Below are positions 50,895 to 64,000 of a DNA stretch of 64,000 nucleotides, piece by piece. The position numbers and the translations under genes were made by a program. Source of the DNA: Eledone cirrhosa (Eukaryota); contig OZ024765.1 of NCBI GenBank assembly GCA_964016885.1, positions 11,594,001 through 11,658,000 on the forward strand, read 5' to 3'. A model generated the notes under the pieces. That model saw only the letters and a program-made list of their open reading frames with translations. It made no database searches and was not told where the DNA came from. Every line of letters starts with the position of its first letter. Position 1 is the first letter of the stretch.

Positions 50895-50930
50895 TATATA
50901 TATATGTATATATATATGTATATATATATG

Positions 50931-51030
<100 letters not shown>

Positions 51031-51087
51031 TATATATATATGTATATATATATATATATGTATATATATATGTATATATATATGTAT

Positions 51088-51118
<31 letters not shown>

Positions 51119-51240
51119 CACACATATACATATATATATATACATATATATATACATATATATATCCGTCTAACCCATGCTAGCATGGAAGAACGGACAT
51201 AAAACGGTGATGATGATGATATATATATACACACACATAC

Positions 51241-51292
<52 letters not shown>

Positions 51293-51639
51293 ACATAAAT
51301 GTGTGTTGAGTGTTTGTAAATATATATACTAATTGGATTAAACTCTCAGCTGTATTTTACCTATCGTGCCCTGGACTATAAAATCACATTGAGCTTTAGA
51401 GATATAGTTTGTCTTTATATGATTGTATTAACAACTCATGTAAACTTGTTTATATACATATTTGAAAGGGAGAAAGGTTCTATACAAAACAAAGGTTATA
51501 GAGAAAAGGGGAGATTGGAAATAGCACAGAAAATATATTCAAAGATCTGTTTTTCTTTTTTTTTTTCCTTCTCGATTCGTCAAAGAGACATTATTGAAAA
51601 AATGTGAAGTACAACTCTTTTAAAAAAGAGTTTTACAAT

Positions 51640-51935
51640 CATCACCATCGTCATCATTTTACGTCCGCTTTTCCCTGCTTGCAAGGGTTGGACGGGTCCT
51701 ATTCAGCACAGCATCTCTCTCACATGTCACGGTCCGTCGTCATCTCCTCGGAGAGTTTCAGTGATCTGAAGTCTGCTCTCACCACCTCCGCCCATGTTTT
51801 TCGTGGTCTACCTCTACTGCGTCTTCCCTCCACTGGGACTTCCTACACTTTTTCACCCATCAATCATCCTCCATGCGCATCACATGTCCATACCATCTTA
51901 GCCTTCTCTCCTGCACACCACAACTTATCAAATGT
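51640..51935 (-). mobile_element. RTE 3' fragment
   Basis: Minus strand VVQERRLRWYGHVMRMED..GRRSRGRPRKTWAEVV, then tail. Confidence 0.8.
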
Positions 51936-52345
51936 TGAGTAGTACAATTAAAAAGAATTCAAGATTTAAAAGAAATTAAGTGTTGAGGCAAGTTTGTTCA
52001 TCTTTCTGGTTGAGATGAAGACTGGAAAAAAAAAAATATATATATATATATACACATACAGAGTGTTCCCTAAAAATGAATACACAATTTTATTACCTGT
52101 ACAGGCCATATTTATTACAATGCTGTTGCAGTGTGTATACATTTTTGGGGGCACCCTGTATGTATATATATATATATATATTAAAATAACAGATTAAAGT
52201 TTAAGCAAAGAATCGCTACCTTCACCCTTAATGTTAAACTTTAATCTGTTATTTTAATAAATATTTGCTCTACGGTTTTTATATATATATATACAGTATA
52301 TGGCAGAAATATATTAGTTTAACGCTTGAAATAACAGGAAGAGAG

Positions 52346-52381
52346 TCTTAACGTTTCGGACACTAGTCTTTCATCAGAAGA
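52346..52381 (-). ncRNA. Minimal type I hammerhead ribozyme motif
   Basis: Minus strand: tctt-CTGATGA-aagactagtgtcc-GAAACGTT-aaga. Palindromic AACGTT at stem III. Confidence 0.7.
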
Positions 52382-52682
52382 TAGAGTTAGAAATAGAAGA
52401 TAAATAGAAAGTAAAGAGTGATGAGAGGGAGGAACGAAGAAAAGGAGAAAAAGAACACACATGTATTCAGTCGGCCATCTTTGTATGATGGTGATGATGA
52501 TGATAATTCAGCAGCAGGAGCATCTAGTCAACTAAAGCAGGGAGCACAGAACTTCTCTCTCAATTAGACTCTCTCTCTCTCTCTGCTACTGCTTCTTATT
52601 AACGAAGACAGACTAATTAGCTACTTTAATATGCCTGATTTCAGTGTTTTCCTCTATTGTCATGTGATGTTTTACTGCATTT

Positions 52683-53850
52683 AGTGGTGGTGGTGGTGCT
52701 GATGGTGGTGGTGCTGATGGTGAGGGATGGGGGAGACGGCAGGTGGTGATGGTGGTAGTAGTGGTGGTAGTGATGGTGGTGGTGGTGGTGATGGTGATGG
52801 TGACAGGGAGATGGTAGCAGTGATTGTGGTGGTGATGGTAGTGGTGGTGAGGGAGGTGATGATGGTAGTGATGGTGGCAGTGATGTTGGGGGAGGGGGTG
52901 AAGGGGGAGATGGCAGCAGTGATTGTGGTGGTGGTACTGATAGTGGTGGTGGTGGTGATGGTAGTGGTGGTGGTGATAGTAGTGGTCGTGGTGATAGTGA
53001 TGGTAGTGGTGGTGGTGATGGTAGTGGTGGTGGTGGTGATAGTGATGGTAGTGGTGGTGGTGATAGTGATGGTAGTGGTGATAGTGATGGTGGTGGTGGT
53101 GGTGATAGTGATGGTAGTGGTGATAGTGATGGTGGTGGTGGTGGTGATAGTGATGGTAGTGGTGATAGTGATGGTAGTGGTGACAGTGATGGTGGTGGTG
53201 GTGGTGATAGTGATGGTAGTGGTGATAGTGATGGTGGTGGTGGTGGTGATAGTGATGGTAGTGGTGATAGTGATGGTGGTGGTGGTGGTGGTGATGATGA
53301 TGGTAGTGGTGATAGTGATGGTGGTGGTGGTGGTGGTGATAGTGATGGTAGTGGTGGTGGTGATAGTGATGGTAGTGGTGGTTGTTATAGTGATGGTAGT
53401 GATGGTAGTGGTGATAGTGATGGTAGTGGTGATAGTAGTGGTGGTGGTGGTAGTGATGGTGGTGGTGATAGTGGTGGTGGTGATAGTGATGGTGGTGGTG
53501 ATAGTAGTGGTGGTGGTGGTAGTGATGGTGGTGGTGATAGTAGTGGTGGTAGTGATAGTGATGGTGGTGGTGATAGTAGTGGTAGTGGTGATAGTAGTGG
53601 TGGTGGTGGTGATAGTGATGGTGGTGGTGATAGTAGTGGTAGTGGTGATAGTAGTGGTGGTGGTGGTGATAGTGATGGTGGTGGTGATAGTGATAGTGAT
53701 GGTGGTGGTGATAGTAGTGGTAGTGGTGATAGTAGTGGTGGTGGTGGTGATAGTGATGGTGGTGGTGATAGTGATAGTGATGGTGGTGGTGATAGTAGTG
53801 GTAGTGGTGATAGTAGTGGTGGTGGTGGTGATAGTGATGGTAGTGGTAGC
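52683..53850. repeat. (GGT/GAT/AGT)n triplet tract
   Basis: Low-complexity sequence seen directly. Confidence 0.95.
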
Positions 53851-53965
53851 AACAATCGTGGTGTGGGCTGGTGGAAGGGTATAGGTTAATAAGTGCATTG
53901 AGTTAATTATTAATTTTTAATGTTGCACACACTTAATCAGATATAGTCTGTTAACCCAGATGGAG

Positions 53966-54300
53966 TATATATATATAAAACTGAGGATGTCTGTCTGTGT
54001 GTGTATGAGTTTGTATCCCTAAAACTCGAGAAGTACCCAACTGATTTTTTTCAAACTTTACATATGTATTACTTATGTTTCAGGGAGTGTTATACACATA
54101 AAAAAAATCAAGTTGTTGAACCCCTAGGGCCTGCATTAGGTGAAAAACTGCGCTTTTTCAGGTTTTTAGGGGTTTTTTGAGGTGTTACGTCAGACCAATT
54201 TTCTTGAAATTGTAACTATGTATTAGCCAGTCTCTTTTTCATACCGTGAGCAAAGAAAATCCAAACTTTTTATAGCCTAGAGCCCGCATTAGATAAAAAA
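53966..54300 (+). mobile_element. Non-autonomous Helitron-like 5' portion
   Basis: 'tatatatataaaactgaggatgtctgtctgtgtgtg..aaactcgagaagtacccaactgattttt' resembles common Helitron-derived element starts. No 3' end was found. Confidence 0.45.
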
Positions 54301-54304
54301 CTTC

Positions 54305-54645
54305 TGTCCAGTGATCTTTCCTGAGACATTCTAACCACATGCCCATAGTATCAGAGCTGTGATCTCTCAATTCAGAGATTCTTTCCTGAGACATTCTAAC
54401 TACATGCCCATAATATCAGAGCTGTGATCTCCCAACTTGGAGAAGTTGAGGCTCTATCTGGAGTGACTCTCTGGTCTCCAAGCTACAAATCTCTCCAGCA
54501 ATTCTTTCCTGAGACATTCTAACCATATGTCCACAGTATCAGAACTGTGATCTCTCAATTCAGAGAAGTAGTGGCTCTACTTGGAGTGACTCTCTTGGAG
54601 AAGTTGCAGCTCTAACTGGAATGACTCTTTGATCTCTGAGCTATG
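54305..54645 (-). repeat. Degenerate copies of the RTE-derived 120-bp unit
   Basis: 'cctgagacattctaaccacatgcccatagtatcagagctgtgatctctcaattcag'. Confidence 0.8.
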
Positions 54646-55128
54646 CACTTTTTTTTATGCTTGACTAAATATGTGGAAAAAGTTTATCAAAAGCTCTAAA
54701 GACTCTGCTAAATCACCAGGCTAATTCAAAGTATATATATACATATATACATGTATAAACATATATATATATATATATATATTTGCTCTGGTTCATATTG
54801 TAGGGTGTCAAAAGCATTTAATCAATGGCTTATGCTTTCAAATCTCTTCTTGCTGTGTATAATCATAATTTTACAGTTCAATATGTGGAAATAAATATAT
54901 TTCATGCCTGCATAGCAAATAGATTGATTTGTTGTTTAGGAAAACCATATTAGACTTCTCTGTTCAATAAGATTGATAATAATATTGGGGTTACCCTCCC
55001 AAATATTTTGCAGGAGGTTAACTTTATGAAATGTTTCGAAATTAAGTGGAATGACATTCTAAATAACTTGATTGATTATCATTTATAAATGCCCCCCCCC
55101 TCTCTCTCCTTCTCTCTCATATAAACAC

Positions 55129-55168
<40 letters not shown>

Positions 55169-55529
55169 TAGCAGGGGAAAGTGGATGTTAAAATGATTAT
55201 GATGATATTTCTATATATTTAAATATACATATATATATATATATATTCACATACTCATACATACATATATATATATATTTACATACATACATACATACAT
55301 ATATATATTTACATACATATATATATATATTTACATATATATATATATATATATATTTACATTCACATACGTACATATATATATTTACATATGCATACAT
55401 ATATATATATATTTATATTCACATACATACATATATATATATATATTTACATACACATTCCTACATATATAATATATGCACACATATATGCATATAGATA
55501 TATATACACCTTATAAATATATATATTCA

Positions 55530-55590
<61 letters not shown>

Positions 55591-55662
55591 TATATACACA
55601 TTATGAACATATACATATTCATGCATATAGGTATATATACACATATATATATACACACACAC

Positions 55663-55745
<83 letters not shown>

Positions 55746-56134
55746 CCTTACATATATAATCTGCAATATATCATATTGTGTTGATTATTCTGTTGCAAAG
55801 TTGGAATCTGACCAGCAAGCAGATGTTTGGGTCTTTGACCATTATATCTTTCGAGGTTTCAATCAATATAGAAATGTAAAGACTTCTCACACTTAGACAC
55901 AGACACCTAATCGACCTTTTCCTATGTTGAATAAGTAAATGTATAGACAACATACAGGTATGGGACTTGAATAGTTTCTATGGTGCCCTGCTCTATCAAT
56001 ACTGACTATGGTCTTCAAATGATTTAGAGAAGTTCATACTTAGGTTGTTTAGTATCTTACATAAAATTATGATAAAAGCTGTTTAGATAAATATAAACAC
56101 TTTAATCTTTTCATTACAATATTTCTATAGATAG

Positions 56135-56505
56135 GTACATGGCTTAGTGGTTAGAGCATTGGGCTTGCAATTGAAAGGTTGTGAGTTCAATTCTTGGACC
56201 AGGTGGTGTGTTGTTTCCTTGAGCAAGGCACTTTATTTCGCATTGCTCCAGTTTACTCAGCTGTAGAAATGAGATGATAGGGACTGGGGTCCCTATCATT
56301 CCACTGCAAAGTGGTCGTGGAGGTGCCACGGCAAAAAAGCACCCAGCCCACCCTGTAAAGTGGACGTGTAGGCGCCACGGAAAAAAAGCACCCAGCACTC
56401 ACTGTAAGTTAGGAAGGGCATCCAGCTGTAGAAACCAAGCCAGAATCAGTTCCCCTATGAGCAAGACAAGGTCAGCCGACCGGACACTGCCCACAACAGG
56501 ACAAC
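56135..56505 (+). mobile_element. Family A SINE whose tail matches the intact RTE 3' UTR
   Basis: 'ggtcagccgaccggacactgcccacaacaggacaac' is a near-exact reverse complement of 2675-2710. Confidence 0.85.
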
Positions 56506-56584
56506 ATTCATGTATGTAATATATAAGTTAGAACAGGAAGGTAATATATAATGCAGTATATATATATACATATACATGCATACA

Positions 56585-57112
56585 CACACAAAATTATTAA
56601 CCATCTTGCCAACAACAACCCTGAGTACCTTTTTGATTTCCATGTGTCTAACACACGTGGGCATGCCCACAAAGTCAGAAAACAGCACAGTTCCCATGAC
56701 TTTCGGAAACATTTTTTCACGCTCAGAGTTGCTGAAGCATGGAACAAACTACCTGCATCAGTTGTTAGCTGTCGAGACACTGCATCCTTTAAAACCTCCA
56801 TGGAACAAACTACCTGCATCAGTTGTTAGCTGTCGAGACACTGCATCCTTTAAAACCTCCATGGAACAAACTACCTGCATCAGTTGTTAGCTGTCGAGAC
56901 ACTGCATCCTTTAAGGCCTCCATGCTTCCTGAGATTCACCAACACTACACCTGATGTTCCCCCTCCATACACATACACACATGTATATCATGACTCATAC
57001 ACTATTCACTTCCCTGACATTTGTATATTATTCTATGTACTATACATGCACCTTTGACGAGTTGTAGTGCACCTGAGCACTTTACACAATAATTTCATTA
57101 TTATTATTATTA
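56585..57112 (+). mobile_element. CR1-like 3' fragment with internal triplication
   Basis: Matches 19370-19728; a ~61-bp segment is repeated three times. Confidence 0.85.
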
Positions 57113-58125
57113 TATACACATTAATATATACACATACAGTCATATACACATATGTACATATACAGGTGCATACAGATTTATATACACTCATATATACATA
57201 TACACAGTCATATTCACTTTTATATATACACATATACACACACACACTCATATACATTTTATATATACACACTATATACATACACAGACATATACACACA
57301 TATATATATACACACTCATATACATTTTATATATACACACTATATACACACACACTCATATACATTTTATATATACACACTATATACATACACAGACATA
57401 TACAGATTTATATATACACACTATATACATACACAGACATATACACATTTATATATACACACTATATACATACACAGACATATACACATATATATATATA
57501 CACACTATATACACACACACACTCATATACATTTTATATATACACACTATATACATACACAGACATATACAGATTTATATATACACACTATATACATACA
57601 CAGACATATACACATTTATATATACACACTATATACATACACAGACATATACACATTTATATATACACACTATATACATACACAGACATATACACATTTA
57701 TATATACACACTATATACATACACAGACATATACACATATATATATATATACACACTATATACACACACACTCATATACATTTTATATATACACACTATA
57801 TACACACACACTCATATACATTTTATATATACACACTATATACACACACACTCATATACATTTTATATATACTCACTGTATACATACACAGACATATACA
57901 CACTATATTCACACACATTCATATACATTTTATATATACTCACTATATACATACACAGACATATACACATATATATATACACACTATATACACACACACT
58001 CATATACATTTTATATATACACACTATATACATACACAGACATATACACATTTATATATACACACTATATACATACACAGACATATACACATTTATATAT
58101 ACACACTATATACATTCACAGACAT

Positions 58126-58171
<46 letters not shown>

Positions 58172-58192
58172 TATATACATACACAGACATAT

Positions 58193-58280
<88 letters not shown>

Positions 58281-58665
58281 TATATATACATACATACATA
58301 ATTTCAAATGAGACAGAGATTGAATAGACAAGCAAGAAATATATTAATTCTATTATTCTGAATCAAAAGATTCTAATTCAAATTCTCAGCCGACATTCTA
58401 ATATTCTTATAACCTTTTATTCTTCTAGTCTCCAATGTTCATTCTTGTTCTGCTTTATTCTGTCTTATTCTGTCTTATTCTGTTATTTGATTTTCAAACA
58501 TTCTTTTTATAATGTCCTCCATTCCAAAACTTTTTATTACTATTCTGCTTCCACTATATGTTTTATCTATAAGATTATATGTATGTGTGTGTGTGTGTGT
58601 GTATCTACACACATACACACACATATTTATATCTATCTATATATATATATATATTTATATCTATA

Positions 58666-58698
<33 letters not shown>

Positions 58699-58791
58699 TT
58701 TTATATATATATATATATATGTGTGTGTGTATGTGTGTAGATATATATATATATGTGTGTGTATAAGTCTGTATATGTGTCTCTCTCTGTC

Positions 58792-58829
<38 letters not shown>

Positions 58830-59056
58830 AATATGTGTGTGTATAAGTCTGTATATGTGTCTCTCTGTGTGTGTGTGTTTGTGTATATATATATATTGTG
58901 TGTGGTGTGTGTACATATATATATATGTGTGTATAAGTCTGTATATTTCTCTCTCTGTCTGTGTGTGTGTATATATATATATATATTATGTATGTGTGTG
59001 TGTGGTGTGTGTACATATATATATATGTGTATAAGTCTGTATGTGTCTCTGTCTCG

Positions 59057-59095
<39 letters not shown>

Positions 59096-59454
59096 CATAA
59101 AGAGAGGGGGAGAGTCACAGACACATATGTATTCATTTTGAATTTATTATTATTATTGGTAGAGGGTTGGACGCCATGCTTTCAAGCATAGAGTTACGTC
59201 CCTTTACGGTCTGAGTTCAAATCCCGCCGAGGTTAAATTTGCCTTTCATCCTTACGGCATTGATAAAATAAAGTACCAGTAATACACTGGGATAATTGCT
59301 GGCCTTGTGCCAAAAGTAGAAATAATAATTATTATTATTAGTAGTAATAGTAGTAGCAGTAGTAGTAGTAGTTGTAGTAGTTGTAGTAGTAGTAGTTGTA
59401 GTAGTAGTGGCAACAGTAGTAGCAGTAGCAGCAATAGTAACAACATCAGTGGTT

Positions 59455-59485
<31 letters not shown>

Positions 59486-59582
59486 CAGTAGTAGTAGTAG
59501 TAGTGATAGTAGTAGTAGTAGTGATAGTAGTAGTAGTAGTAGTAGTAGTAACAGCAACAGCAGTAGTAGTAGTAGTAGTAGC

Positions 59583-59625
<43 letters not shown>

Positions 59626-59975
59626 TTTCTATGCTGTGCTTTTGCCTTTTAGAAAGATTTTCCATTCTTGGTTCTAGATTTACATTTCAGAATAGTTTTC
59701 ACAGTTTCTTGTTTCACAATGAATGACAATATATATACACACATACACATACACATATATGCACACACATACACATATATGCACACACATACACATACAT
59801 GCACACACATACACATATATGCACACACATACACATACATGCACACACATACACATACACATACACATATATGCACACACCTATAAACATATATTCAAAC
59901 CCATGCCCATATATATGCTATATATATATATATATATACATATATACACTGTATATATATATATATATATAATCA

Positions 59976-60018
<43 letters not shown>

Positions 60019-60135
60019 CATATATACATATACACATATATACATTGTATATATATATATACACATATATATACATTGTATATATATATATACATATATA
60101 CATATATACATTGTATATATATATATATATATATA

Positions 60136-60176
<41 letters not shown>

Positions 60177-60276
60177 CATATGTATACATATATATATATT
60201 ACACTCTTACATATATACATATATACAGACATACATATACATACACAAACACACACATATATATATATTCACAGAC

Positions 60277-60324
<48 letters not shown>

Positions 60325-60889
60325 AGATATACATATAAATATAGAGTAGTGACTGTCTGGAGCAGTGAGGGGAAGGGGGTACAACTCTTTGGAACTGAAT
60401 TAATACCATATTACAGAATTCTTCCCCATGCTGGAACTATACCTACCCCCCTCACCCAATAACAAAACAAAAAAGAACCAAGAAAAAAGAAGCCCTCAAC
60501 AAAGCAACAAATTTCTTTTTTCAAGTATCTTCATACATGATTAGCAATCAAAATGATGGCTCAGAAAGAAACATAAAAATTTCTGATATTTTTCATTTTT
60601 TTATTATATTTTTGTGGCTCATCATAGTTGTCTAGCTGGCAGAATATTTTACCATCCTGATGTATTCAGCTACAAGTGATTTTTGTTGTAGATTTATGTC
60701 GTACTGAGGGTGTTAACCTTTAAACTGACAGAACTGGTTTTTCGTATGATTATTTAAACGTGCTGTTGCTCCCATTGTATGTAGTTACAAATGTAATTTT
60801 GTGCGGTAACATTGTGTTTCAAATACTTTATGAACATAGATGGTAAATGATGTTTTACTGACTTAAATCACTCATAAAATGTTTGTTTT

Positions 60890-61490
60890 AAACTACAGTT
60901 GATCCCTGGTTGTGTAGTTGACTCTTATTTGTGTAGCTGATACCTGCCTGTATAGATGAATCCTGCTTTTGCAGTTGATCCCTGGTTGTGTAGTTAACTC
61001 CTATTTGTGTAGTTGATCCCTGCATGTGCAGTTGATCCCTGCTTGGGTAGTTGACTCCTATTTGTGTATTTGATCCATGGTTGTGTAGTTGACTCCTGTT
61101 TGTGTAGCTGATCCCTGCCAGTATAGATGAATCCTGCTTGTGCAGTTGATCCCTGCATGTGCAGTTGATCCCTGCTTGGGTAGTTGAGTCCTATTTGTGT
61201 ATTTGATCCATGGTTGTGTAGTTGACTCCTGTTTGTGTAGCTGATCCCTGCCAGTATAGATGAATCCTGCTTGTGCAGTTGATCCCTGCTTGGGTAGTTA
61301 ACTCCTGTTTGCATATTTAATCCCTTTTTGTACAGTCGATCCTTGCCAGTATAGATGAATTCTGCTTGTGCAGTTGATCCCTGCTTGGGTATTTCATTCC
61401 TGTTTGTGTAGCTGACTCCTGTTTGTGTAGATGAATCCTGCTTGTGCAATTGATCCCCACTTATGTAGATGACCCTTGCTTGCGTAGTTG
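60890..61490. repeat. ~20-bp minisatellite
   Basis: 'gttgatccctgcttgtgta'-like units. Confidence 0.85.
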
Positions 61491-61950
61491 TAAATCTAAT
61501 TTTGTACACTAAGTTTACATTTTGTGTCAAATAGTACATATGATACATCGTAAATGACAGTTAAAAGACTTAGAATATTCATAACATGTTAAAAATAGCC
61601 CCATTACAACTGCTTTTAAGACTCAGAGACTATCAAACACTGTATCATGACACCTGCATCAAAGATGTGTGCCTTTCACCTCAGTTTGCATAGGTCTAAA
61701 ACTTATATAGTTCAGTAGGTTTATATTTTATCTGCTTATGCTGTAAATGATGGTTAAAAGACTAAAAGACTAAAAGTAAATGTTGCTAGATATTGATTAA
61801 TTTGATATATTGATTAATTTGATAAATTGATTATTCTAATGTGCAGTTCACCTCTGCTTCTGTAATTCTAAATCAAATTTTCACTCAAAGTTTACATTTT
61901 GTGTTAAGTACTTCACAAGTTTATACAGAATATATATACATATGTATGTG

Positions 61951-61989
<39 letters not shown>

Positions 61990-62139
61990 GTTAAATGCAC
62001 TTTAAAACATTCACAAATATATATAATCATTAGTATCACCTTTTAACATCCATTATTCCACGCTGGCATGGATTAGAACCAGGTAACTTCTCTAACCCAT
62101 ACCAGCATGGAAAATGAGAATATTTTACAGTGGTTATTA

Positions 62140-62730
62140 TACCACACAGTTGATTCCAGCTTGTATTGTTGATCTCTACTTATGTAGTTGGTCCTTACTA
62201 TACCACACAGTTGATCCCTGCTTGTGTAGTTGATCCCAGCTTGTGTAGTTGATCCTTGCTTCTACAGTTGATCCTTGCTTATGTAATTGATCCTTGCTTG
62301 TACAGTTGATCCCTGCTTATGTAGTTGGTCCTTACTATACCACACAGTTGATTCCTGCTTGTGTAGTTGATCCCAGCTTGTGTAGTTGATCCTTGCTTCT
62401 ACAGTTGATCCTTGCTTGTACAGTTGATCCCTCCTTATGTAGTTGGTCCTTACTATACCACACAGTTGATCCCTGCTTGTGTAATTGACCCCTGCTTGTA
62501 TAGTATATCATTGCTTGTACAGTTGATCCCTGCTTGTACAGTTGATCCCTGCTTGTGCAGTTGGTCCCTGCTTCTACAGTTGATCCCTGCTTGTGTAATT
62601 GACCCCTGCTTGTATAGTATATCACTGCTTGTACAGTTGATAACTGCTTGTACAGTTGATCCCTGCTTCTACAGTTGATCCCTGCTTGTGTAGTTGATCC
62701 CTGCTTGTACAGTTGATCCCTGCTTGTACA
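62140..62730. repeat. ~20-bp minisatellite, same family as 60890-61490
   Basis: 'cagttgatccctgcttgta'-like units. Confidence 0.85.
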
Positions 62731-63524
62731 TTTGTAACATTATGTGTGTATGTATGTGTGTGTTGATATATATCCTATGTATATCCATTTTTTGTATCTG
62801 ACAATAATAACGACAATAACACTAATAACAATAATATGTATTATTACTGTTATTATTATCATTGTTATTAATAACGATATCGATATCAGCAACATAAAGA
62901 TCACCTTAAGTGCTGCTCTCTTCACACCACCTCAAATACCTATCAATGACACCGCTACAACCACCACCACCACCACCACCACCACTGCTGCTAACGCCAT
63001 GATCTAAACCCCCACCTCATTATCATCTCAATCATCATCATCATCAGCATCATCAATAACATCATCATCATCATCTCAATAATCATCATCACCATCATCA
63101 TCATCATCATCATCATCATCACCATCGTCATCATCACCATCATCATCATCACCATCGTCATCATCATCACCATTATTATCACCATCGTCATCATCATCAC
63201 CATCATCATCACCGCAATCGTCACCACCACCATCACCACCACCATCACCACCACCGTCACCACCACCACCATCACCACCACCGTCACCACCACCATCACC
63301 ACCACCGTCACCACCACCATCACCACCACCGTCACCACCACCATCACCACCACCGTCACCACCACCACCACCACCGCCACCATTATTATATTGTCCTTTG
63401 CTGTAGGAAGTGTGTCAGGGAATTACAAAAGAAAAGAGCTCTTTATCGGTTCATTGTTTGTAGGAAATCTTGGAAGTAGTATTGCATAGCATTGAGGGGA
63501 TATAAGTGGGTGATAGGATATATT

Positions 63525-63565
<41 letters not shown>

Positions 63566-63755
63566 CTGTGTGTGTGTATGTGTGTATACATATATATATA
63601 TATATGCATGTACGAATGCAAATATATATGTACATATATATGCATACATATACAGTATGTATTTATATCTATATATATATAGATGCAATCACATACATAT
63701 ATATCATATATATATATATATGTATGTATACATATATATATATGTGTGTGTGTGT

Positions 63756-63792
<37 letters not shown>

Positions 63793-64000
63793 CATATATA
63801 TATATATATATATATGCATGTACGAATGCAAATATATATATATATATATATGCATACATATACAGTATGTATTTATATCTATATATATATAGATGCAATT
63901 ACATACATATATATCATATATATATATATATATATATGTATGTATACATATATATATATGTGTGTGTGTGTGTGTGTCTGTGTGTGTGTGTGTGTGTGTA

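Overview
This window is AT-rich, microsatellite-dense eukaryotic DNA. The SINE, LINE and microsatellite content suggests a mollusc, probably an octopus-like cephalopod (inference). No host protein-coding exon is evident, so it looks like a very long intron or intergenic region. It contains one intact RTE-clade LINE (APE-RT ORF, 1039 aa, with a PHD-type finger inserted inside the RT domain). There are also many RTE, CR1-like and Tx1-like 3' fragments, tRNA-derived SINEs sharing the RTE (GAT)n tail, piggyBac-like MITEs, Helitron ends, and several TE-derived tandem arrays. Two signals stand out. (1) At least six canonical-looking type I hammerhead ribozymes, plus decayed and fold-back relatives, each sit in a short non-coding cassette inserted into (TA)n tracts, resembling Penelope-like termini or retrozyme-like elements. 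(2) A minus-strand AG|GTAAG recursive-splice-site candidate carries an 80-nt exon with stops in all three frames and an upstream tandem array of ACTAAY motifs. All folds, alignments and unit counts were done by eye, and most repeat boundaries are approximate.
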